Translations under genes and position numbers: made by a program | Shown: positions 21,530 to 30,200 of the stretch, piece by piece | How the letters are laid out: each line of letters begins with the position of its first letter | Numbering within the stretch: the stretch's first letter is position 1 | From: an uncultured Arcobacter sp. | GTDB lineage: Bacteria > Campylobacterota > Campylobacteria > Campylobacterales > Arcobacteraceae | Assembly: GCA_965140705.1 (NCBI GenBank) | Contig: OZ223300.1 | Span: forward strand, 768,001 to 832,000 | DNA length: 64,000 bases | Direction of reading: 5' to 3' | The notes under the pieces: generated by a model | What the model was told of the DNA's origin: nothing | Seen by the model: the letters and a program-made list of their open reading frames with translations, nothing else | Database searches by the model: none

Positions 21530-22660
21530 CTATGCATAGTAATTACTTATAAATCCTCCACCAAGACAATAATCACCCTCATACAAAACAAGACTTTGTC
21601 CTAACGTTACAGCTCTTTGTGGCTTGTCAAATTGTACGAGAACTTTGTCTCCATTAATTTCTGTTACAGTACAAGCTTGTTTTTGTTGACGATAACGAAT
21701 TTGTGCCATTAATTTATCTCCAACTTTAGGTGCTTCTTCTAATACCCAATGCATATGACTAGCTTCAACATTTTGGTTCATAAGTAAGGGGTGATTGGTA
21801 TCTTGTACAACTACTAAGGTATTATCTTCCATATTTTTTTTGGCTGCATACCATGGATTATGGATGTGACCATCTGATTCAGTCTCTTTAATACCTCCAA
21901 GTCCAATACCTTTTCTTTGACCTAAGGTGTAACAAATAAGACCTTTATGCCTTCCTAATACTTTTCCCTTTTCATCTACAATATCACCTGGAATTGCTTT
22001 TAAATGTTGAGTGATAAATTCATCAAATCTTTGGTTACCTATAAAACATATACCAGTGCTGTCTTTTTTATCACTTACTGGAAGATTATGTTTTTTTGCT
22101 ATCTCTCTTACTTCTTTTTTAGTTAAATCAGCAAGGGGGAACATAGCATGAGATAGTTGTTCACTTGATAGTGCATGTAAAAAATAACTTTGATCTTTTG
22201 AACTATCTTTTGGAGTATCAAGTACATAGTGGTCTTTGTATTTAGCTATTTTTGCATAATGACCAGTTGCAATCATATCTGCACCCATTTTTTTTGCTTC
22301 ATTTAAAAATACATTAAATTTAATTTCACGATTACAAAGTATATCTGGATTTGGAGTAAGACCTTTTTTTAAACCTTCTAAAAATACATCAAATACTTTA
22401 GTTCTGTATTCTTCAACAAAGTCTTTACCAATTACTTCTATACCTATTAGTTCACCTACTTTTTTTGCATCTTCAAATTCAATACGATTGGGGCATTGGC
22501 TACCTTTGATTCCATATTCCCAATTACGCATAAATAATCCTACTACATCATAGCCTTGTTCTTTTAACAGTAATGCTGTAACTGATGAATCAACACCACC
22601 AGACATACCTACAACTACTTTTTTTTTACCTGCAGGCAGGATTCCATTTTTTTCTATCAT
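21530..22660 (-). CDS. mnmA: tRNA 2-thiouridylase, DxxC (D-type) paralog
   Basis: SGGVDS, PNPDILCN, KDQSYFL, DSTGICFIG. Confidence 0.95.
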   Translation of the reverse strand: MIEKNGILPAGKKKVVVGMSGGVDSSVTALLLKEQGYDVVGLFMRNWEYGIKGSQCPNRIEFEDAKKVGELIGIEVIGKDFVEEYRTKVFDVFLEGLKKGLTPNPDILCNREIKFNVFLNEAKKMGADMIATGHYAKIAKYKDHYVLDTPKDSSKDQSYFLHALSSEQLSHAMFPLADLTKKEVREIAKKHNLPVSDKKDSTGICFIGNQRFDEFITQHLKAIPGDIVDEKGKVLGRHKGLICYTLGQRKGIGLGGIKETESDGHIHNPWYAAKKNMEDNTLVVVQDTNHPLLMNQNVEASHMHWVLEEAPKVGDKLMAQIRYRQQKQACTVTEINGDKVLVQFDKPQRAVTLGQSLVLYEGDYCLGGGFISNYYA

Positions 22661-22727
22661 TATTTTCCTTAAAAAAGTTCCTTTTTAAAAGGAACTATAT
22701 ATTTAATACTTCTTTTAGAAACAAACT

Positions 22728-23231
22728 CTAAAAGGAACAACGAGTTGTTCTTTTATTCATATATTTTAAAGGAATAATCACTGATTCTCTATTTGCCCAG
22801 TCTTTATGAGGAATAATAAGTTTTTCTGTATTTATTTTTTTATTATCAAAAAATATTATATCAATATCTAAGGTTCTAGGCGCATCTTGAAAGGACCGCT
22901 TTCTTCCAAATTTTTTTTCATATCTTTGCATAATTTTTAATAAATCATTAGCACAAAGATTTGATTTAAGTCGAATTATACCATTTAAAAAATATTTTTG
23001 CTCCAAATAACCAAAAGGAGGATTCAAAAGTAGGGGAGAAGTTTCTAATAAATCAAATCTAGAATCTTTTAATAGACACAAAAACAATTTATCAAATAGT
23101 TGTTTTGTATTTCCTATATTTCCCCCAATACCTATGGTTATTAAATGTTTTTTATTGGAAGTATTTTTTATAAATTTAGGATAATTTGGGGTATAAAAAA
23201 GTGTTAAATCTTTATTTATAGTTTTTTTCAT
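22728..23231 (-). CDS. folK: HPPK (folate synthesis)
   Basis: GIGGNIG, FLNG, PRTLDIDII, IPH. Confidence 0.93.
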   Translation of the reverse strand: MKKTINKDLTLFYTPNYPKFIKNTSNKKHLITIGIGGNIGNTKQLFDKLFLCLLKDSRFDLLETSPLLLNPPFGYLEQKYFLNGIIRLKSNLCANDLLKIMQRYEKKFGRKRSFQDAPRTLDIDIIFFDNKKINTEKLIIPHKDWANRESVIIPLKYMNKRTTRCSF

Positions 23232-23321
23232 AATTTCCTTAAATAATCTTTACTAAAATACTCAAGAAATAACTAAATTATGAATAAAATAAGTTAATAT
23301 AATCTTGAGTAATTTTGAAGC

Positions 23322-24344
23322 TTATAGTATTACAGCTTTTCCATTTTTCATTACAATTGTATCTTCTATTCTTACTCCAAATTCATTTGGAAGGTAAATT
23401 CCAGGTTCAATTGTAAAAACCATATTATCTTCAATAACTACATCAGATTTAGAGTTAATATATGGATGTTCATGGATATCAAGTCCTACTCCATGTCCAG
23501 TGCTGTGAATAAAATATTTTCCAAAACCAGCTTTTTCAATAACACTTCTTGTTAAATTATCTATATCTTTAGCTTTCATTCCTACTTTTGCATTTTCTAT
23601 TGCATTTAGTTGGGCTTTATAAACTAAGTCATAGATTTTTTGTTGTTTTTTTGATTTGAATTTTTGTTTTCTAGAAAAACTTAATTCACCACCAAAAGAT
23701 GCAGTACAAGTTCTATCAGAACAATATCTTTTGTATTTCACTCCAGCATCAACTAAAAGTAAATCATTTTTTTGTAACTTTTTATTTGTAGGAAGAGCGT
23801 GTGGTTTTGCTGCATTTTCATTAATAGCAATAATTGGATCAAAACTTAAGTCATATTTTCCCATATTTTTATATGATTCTACAGCTTTAAAATGAAGCAA
23901 GGTCTCTTTTTTATTTAGACCATTTTTATTGATATATTTTGCAAGTCTTTCAAAACCATTTCTCCCAATTTTGGCAGCTTTTTTCAAAATAGCAATTTCT
24001 TCATCTGTTTTAATAACTCTTTTTAGATGGGAAAAATTTACTTGGTTTGTAAAGTTTACTTTTAAATTTTCTGTTAATTTGTTAAATTTATTATATGTAA
24101 AATCATTGCCATCAAAGATTATCTCTTTTATCTTCTCTTTTGTTAATATCTCTTGTGCACTTTTTATTAAGTCACTACTTTCTATTACTTCTGTATTTTT
24201 AACTTTCTCTTTTGCTTCTATTGTATATCTAGCATCTGTGATAAAAAAAGATTCATTTCCTAGTTTTATAAAAATCACATTATCGCAAGAGTAGTTGCAT
24301 TCATAATAAATTGCATTTTCATTTGTTAGTATATAATTGCTCAC
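23322..24344 (-). CDS. M24 family Xaa-Pro aminopeptidase
   Basis: [33 protein letters not shown]. Confidence 0.93.
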   Translation of the reverse strand: MSNYILTNENAIYYECNYSCDNVIFIKLGNESFFITDARYTIEAKEKVKNTEVIESSDLIKSAQEILTKEKIKEIIFDGNDFTYNKFNKLTENLKVNFTNQVNFSHLKRVIKTDEEIAILKKAAKIGRNGFERLAKYINKNGLNKKETLLHFKAVESYKNMGKYDLSFDPIIAINENAAKPHALPTNKKLQKNDLLLVDAGVKYKRYCSDRTCTASFGGELSFSRKQKFKSKKQQKIYDLVYKAQLNAIENAKVGMKAKDIDNLTRSVIEKAGFGKYFIHSTGHGVGLDIHEHPYINSKSDVVIEDNMVFTIEPGIYLPNEFGVRIEDTIVMKNGKAVIL

Positions 24345-24407
24345 TTATTTAGCCTTAACTATAATTTGAATATAATCATAGCTAAATTTTACACAAGGAA
24401 AAATAAT

Positions 24408-24890
24408 ATGAAAATTGCGGTAATTCAAGGTCCAAACATAAATATGCTAGGTGTAAGAGAACAACATATATATGGACCTATGACTTTAGACCAAATTCAT
24501 CAAGGTATGAAAGAACAAGCTTCTCAAAATGGAATAGAATTAGAATTTTTTCAATCAAACTTAGAAGGTGAAATCGTAGATAAAATTCAAGAATGTTTAG
24601 GTGAGTTTGATGGTATTATTATAAATCCAGCAGCTTATACTCACTCATCAATTGCTATTGCTGATGCTCTATCAGCTGTAAATTTACCAACAGTTGAAGT
24701 ACATATTTCAAATATATATAAAAGAGAAGAGTTTAGACAAAAGTCAATTACTGCTGCTAGTAGTACAGGAGTTATCGCTGGGTTTGGACCATTTGGTTAT
24801 CACTTAGCACTTATTTCATTAGGTCAAATTATTAGTGAAGTAAAAGCTATGGAAAAAGCAAGAGCAGAACAACAAGCTGCTAAAGCGTAA
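24408..24890 (+). CDS. aroQ: Type II 3-dehydroquinate dehydratase
   Basis: [30 protein letters not shown] 24408 follows AAGGA. Confidence 0.96.
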   Translation: MKIAVIQGPNINMLGVREQHIYGPMTLDQIHQGMKEQASQNGIELEFFQSNLEGEIVDKIQECLGEFDGIIINPAAYTHSSIAIADALSAVNLPTVEVHISNIYKREEFRQKSITAASSTGVIAGFGPFGYHLALISLGQIISEVKAMEKARAEQQAAKA

Positions 24891-24892
24891 GT

Positions 24893-26119
24893 ATGAAAAT
24901 ATTAAAAGCCTCTTGGCTTATATGTGTCGATGAAAATAGCACTATCATAAAAGATGGTGCTATTTTATTTGATGAAAAGATTAAAGATTTTGGGGAAATA
25001 GAGTCTTTAAAAGCTAAATATAAAGACTTAGAGGTAGAAGATTTAGGCGATAATACAGTTTTAATGCCAGGTCTTATTAATTCACATATTCATTTAGAAT
25101 TTTCTTCAAATAGCACAAGCTTATCCTATGGAAACTTTATGTCATGGTTAAACTCTGTTATTATAAATAGAGAAGCTTTGATAGAAAAAAGTAGTACAAC
25201 TCTTATAAATACAAAACTTAATGAGATGTTAAAAGGTGGAACCACTACAATAGGTGCTATTAGTTCATATGGTTTTGAAATAGAAGCTTGTACAAAAACA
25301 CCAATAAATACTGTTTTATTTTCTGAAGTAATTGGAAGTAAAGCAGATATGATTGATACTCTTTTTACTGATTTTAAAGCAAGATTAGAAAGTGCTAAAA
25401 AAAGTGCTTCTAAGAGTTTTATTCCAGCTATTGCTATACATTCACCTTATTCTGTACATCCTTTCTTAGTAAGAGAAACACTTAGACTTGCAAAAGAAGA
25501 AAACTTAAGTGTTAGTGCACACTTTTTAGAATCAATTGAAGAGTTTGATTGGTTACATAAAGATGAGGGAAAATTTTTAGAGTTTTTTAAAAACTTTTTA
25601 GGACAAGAAAAGAGTGCAACAAAACCTATGGAGTTTTTACAACAGTTTTCTGGTATAAAAAACTTATCTTTTACTCATTGTGTGGAAGCTAGTGATAATG
25701 ATTTAGAAAAAATAAAAGAATTGGGTGCTGTGATTAATCACTGTCCAACATCAAATAGAGTTTTAAATAACAAAAGATTAGAAATAGAGAAACTAAAAGA
25801 TATAACTTATGCTATTGGTACAGATGGACTTAGTTCAAATAACTCTTTACAAATGTTTGATGAACTTAGAAATGCTCTTATGATACATACAAATTTAAAT
25901 ATAAATGAACTATCAGTTGATTTAATAAAAGCTGCAACACTAAATGGTGCAAAAGCTTTAGGACTAAATAAAGGTAGAATAAAACAAGGCTTTGATGCAG
26001 ATATAATTGTATGTAAACTTCCAGATGAAGTTAAAAATGAAGAAGAACTTTGTACTCAAATCATTTTGCATACAAAAGAAGTACAAAATGTCTATATAAA
26101 TGGAGAAAAACATGTTTGA
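24893..26119 (+). CDS. Metal-dependent amidohydrolase, probable aminofutalosine deaminase
   Basis: PGLINSHIHLE, HSPYS, HFLES, HCPTSN, GTDG; aroQ-hydrolase-sppA context. Confidence 0.8.
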   Translation: MKILKASWLICVDENSTIIKDGAILFDEKIKDFGEIESLKAKYKDLEVEDLGDNTVLMPGLINSHIHLEFSSNSTSLSYGNFMSWLNSVIINREALIEKSSTTLINTKLNEMLKGGTTTIGAISSYGFEIEACTKTPINTVLFSEVIGSKADMIDTLFTDFKARLESAKKSASKSFIPAIAIHSPYSVHPFLVRETLRLAKEENLSVSAHFLESIEEFDWLHKDEGKFLEFFKNFLGQEKSATKPMEFLQQFSGIKNLSFTHCVEASDNDLEKIKELGAVINHCPTSNRVLNNKRLEIEKLKDITYAIGTDGLSSNNSLQMFDELRNALMIHTNLNINELSVDLIKAATLNGAKALGLNKGRIKQGFDADIIVCKLPDEVKNEEELCTQIILHTKEVQNVYINGEKHV

Positions 26120-26999
26120 TTTTTTTAGAAAGATTTTTACACCAATAATTGCTATTTTAGATTTTATAACTAAATATTTTAAAACAATAGTTTTTTTAAC
26201 TATTATTTATTTTATTGTAAGTTCAAATACCACTTCATCAATAAGTTCAGTTGAAGATAATGCAAACTTACAAAAAATAGAGTTAGCAGGTCCAATTTTA
26301 AATGTTGATAAAGTTCTAGATGAAATAAATAAAGCTAAAGCAAATCAAAATATAAAAGGGGTTTTACTTGTAGTTAATTCTCCTGGTGGTTCAGTTGCTC
26401 CTTCGGTTGAATTATCATATGCAATAAAAGAGTTAAGAGCTGTTAAACCAGTAGTTGCTTATGCAAGTGGTGTAATGGCAAGTGGAAGTTATTATGCTTC
26501 TATTTGGGCAAATAAAATTATTGCAAATCCAGGAAGTATGATTGGATCTATTGGAGTTATATTTCAAGGTGCAAATGTTGAAGAGCTAATGAAAAAAATT
26601 GGTGTCTCAACACAAACAATAAAAGCTGGAAAATATAAAGAAGCTGGAACTTTCTCAAGAGCATGGAATGAGAGTGAAAAAGAAGAGTTAAAATCAGTTA
26701 TTTCAGATACTTATGACATGTTTATAACAGATGTTGCAAATGCAAGAAGACTAAAAAAACAAGATAATGAAAAATATGCAAATGCACATATTTTTACAGC
26801 AAGACAAGCTAAGAAAGTAGGGCTAATCGATGAGGTTGGCACAATTAGTATTGCTAAAAATGAACTTTATAAAATTGCAAAAGTTAGAAATCCTAGTTGG
26901 AAAAAACAAGATAAATTTGATAAATTTATTGATAGAATAGTTAGTGAAACTATTACTAACTTTTCATTGAAGTTCAATGACGGTTTAAAAGCCTATTAA
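26112..26999 (+). CDS. sppA: Signal peptide peptidase SppA (S49)
   Basis: NSPGG, ASGSYY, GSIGV, GKYKE. Confidence 0.94.
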   Translation: MFDFFRKIFTPIIAILDFITKYFKTIVFLTIIYFIVSSNTTSSISSVEDNANLQKIELAGPILNVDKVLDEINKAKANQNIKGVLLVVNSPGGSVAPSVELSYAIKELRAVKPVVAYASGVMASGSYYASIWANKIIANPGSMIGSIGVIFQGANVEELMKKIGVSTQTIKAGKYKEAGTFSRAWNESEKEELKSVISDTYDMFITDVANARRLKKQDNEKYANAHIFTARQAKKVGLIDEVGTISIAKNELYKIAKVRNPSWKKQDKFDKFIDRIVSETITNFSLKFNDGLKAY

Positions 27000-27001
27000 A
27001 T

Positions 27002-27144
27002 AAAACAAATTTAGCTCTTTAACTTACTTTGAAAATCTTCGTTAAAGAGTTAAATTTACTCAGTCACATACTCTTTGTATGCTCCTTCCTAAATTCATCT
27101 CTTTGCCTTGATTTTCTTTGTAATTTAAATTCTAAATTTGTTTT
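27002..27144 (-). repeat. Long imperfect hairpin, REP-like element, copy B
   Basis: 13-bp terminal inverted repeat AAAACAAATTTAG/CTAAATTTGTTTT; minus strand reads CAAGGC...GGAGCATAC-AAAGA-GTATGTGAC...AACGAAG. Confidence 0.75.
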
Positions 27145-27241
27145 TAAATATATTTTACAATTTTTACATTTGTAAAATATTAAGCTTCATTTTATAATTA
27201 AAACTATAATATACTTTTATATATTTAGTTAGGAGTATTTT

Positions 27242-30200
27242 GTGGAAAAAGTTTTAGAAGCTTATAAAGTTTTTTTAGAAACAGAGGAATTGGGTGCAAC
27301 AGATACAAAAAAATTGAATTTGGTAATTAGTAAATTAGATAATGAAAATAAAATATTAAAAAATGATGTTATCTTTTTAATAGCTAAAAGTAGTAAAGAT
27401 AAGGATGGTGCATATAGAAATTTTGTTTCAAGATTAGAAAATGCAATAAATGTTGCAAAAGATGAAGCAAAAGAAGATATAAAAGATGTTCTAAATACTC
27501 TCTACTTAGAAAAAATAAAAATAAATGACAAGCAATATTTGAAATTTCATGGAAATGTATTAAAACCATTAAATACTGTTATCCCTAATACAAATTATTC
27601 TGAAGAAAATTATATTGAAGCACTTGGAACGAATTCTAAATTAAATATTTTTATAAGTTATGCAACCTCTGATGAAAAAGATGTGGCTTTATTTAAATCT
27701 ACACTTGAAAAAATTGCGGATGATAAGGTGATAACTTGGACGATGGGAAAGTTAGTACATGGAATTTCATTTGATAAACAAATAAAAAAAGAGTTAGAAA
27801 AATGTGACTATGGTTTTGCTATGGTATCTAAGAACTTTTTAAATAGTGACTATATTAAAGAAGTAGAATTAAAAAGACTTCTTGAAGATAATATAATTTT
27901 TCCGATTCTTTTGGATGGTAGTTTTAGCGAGTTGGGAGAAGAACACAAAGATGAAATAGTCAAAAAGTTATTACAAACTCATATTTTTTCTTTAAAAGAT
28001 AGAGGAAGAAATGATTCTTTTAGTAAGATGGTGGATGATAATTCAAGAGAAATTTTTGTTAATGCTGTAATTAAAGCATTAGAGAATAGAAAAAATCATG
28101 ATTTAGAAGAAGAAAATATTTTTAGGGCTAATCATCAATGTTATATTAATTCAAGAAAAGAATACAATCCTAAACTATATACAGATTCTTATTGTACACG
28201 GCAAGAGATAACTACAGCTGTAGAAACAATGGTAAATGATGAAGAAACTTTAGAAAATAGAGTTAATCTTTTAGCTGACATGATTAATTGGGTTACAGAA
28301 AAAAACTCTCCTATCTATGCACTTTTAGGTGAATATGGTGTGGGAAAAACTTTTAATACTCGTATGTTTGCTTCTAAATTAGAAGAGTTAAGAAAGACAA
28401 AGAAAGATTTGCCTTATCCTTTATATATAGATTTAAGAGATACTCCTACTTTTATAGAATTAAATGGCTCAAAAAGACAAGTGACCGTAGAAGAGTTAAT
28501 AGTAGAAATTCTAAGATTATCAAATAACAAAGAATTTTCAGCTGAAAAAATTATTGAAGATAATAAAAAGGGAAAAGCAATACTTATCTTTGATGGATTA
28601 GATGAAAAACTTGTACACTATCCAAAAGATATGAAAAATAAGTTTTTAAGAGAACTTGTTAATGTACTAGATGTGAGAAATTTTGTAAAAACAAATCAAA
28701 AAATTCTTATATCTTGTAGAACACACTATTTTGAAAGTATCAAAGAACAAAACTCTTTTTTAAGAGATAACGAGCGATTTGATGTTGGTAAGACAAATTA
28801 CCATGCAACTGAAATACTTCCTTTTAATATGGAACAAATTAAAAGTTATATTAAAAAAGTTTTCCCTAGTGATGAAATTGAAAAGATACTTACTTTTATT
28901 TCTAGTGATAATTATTTAAAAACGATTGTGACAAAGCCACTTATGTTAAATAAATTATCAGCAATTTTACCTAAGCTAATTGAACATAAAAATGGAAATA
29001 AAAAAATTACATCAAAAGTTTTTTATCAAGCTTTGATTGATGATACTTTTTCTCGTGATAATGAAAAACATACAATTAATATTAGAGATAAAAAAAGATT
29101 ATTAAAAGAAGTATCTTATATGTTTTATAAAAAAGGTATACAAAGTATTTCTATTGATAAACTCAATGATTGGTTCAATGAATACATCTATGAACAACCG
29201 ATTTTTAAAAAATATCAAGAAAAAGATTTTGATATACTTGAGCTTGATTTAAGAAACTCATCTTTATTGGTTCGTTTTGGAGATGCAAATTTTGGTTTTT
29301 CTCATAGTTCATTTTATGAGTATTTTATTGCAGAATATCTTTTTGAAAATTGGGAAAACTTCCACTTTAGTGGAAAATTATCTGAATTAACATTTGAATT
29401 TATAAAAGATACTATTAAAGAATTGGATTTTAATGATAAAAATGAGTTTATCGGAAAACTAAAAAAAACTCTTGCTAAAGATACATTAGAGAATAAAAAA
29501 TTTCAACTTGATTTATTAAAAGAGTTAAAAATAGATGTTGATAATATTATTTTGGATACTCAAGAATTAGAGTACTACACAATGAAAAATATTCATTGTA
29601 ATTATTTAAAAGTAAGAAATACGAATCTTTTTAGTTGTAAACTAATAGATTGTTCAATAAACTCTTTAGATGTAGTAAACTCAAATTTCAATGAAAGTTA
29701 TATAAAGAATTGTAAAATTACAAAGATAACAAAAGATAACAAATCTATTATGGATTATATAACAGATTTTGACAATGTAATAGATGAACATATCTTGAAA
29801 CTTAAAGGACTTCATAATTTTAAAAATAATAATAAGATAAATATAACAAGAGTAAATATAAGTGGTGGTAGGATTAGTTCTATTGCAGAGGATGAAAAAA
29901 ACATTTATGTTGGTTCTAGCGATGGATTTAAAGTATATAGTAAAGAGAGTTTTAGTTGTATTAAAGAGATAAACAGTGGTTGGGTTAATTCTATTGCAGA
30001 GGATGAAAAAAACATTTATGTTGGTTCTCGCGATGGATTTAAAGTATATAGTAAAGAGAGTTTTAGCTGTATTAAAGAGATAAACAGTGGTTGGGTTAAT
30101 TCTATTGCAGAGGATGAAAAAAACACTTATGTTGGTTTTAGCGATGGATTTAAAGTATATAGTAAAGAGAGTTTTAGCTGTATTAAAGAGATAAACGGTG

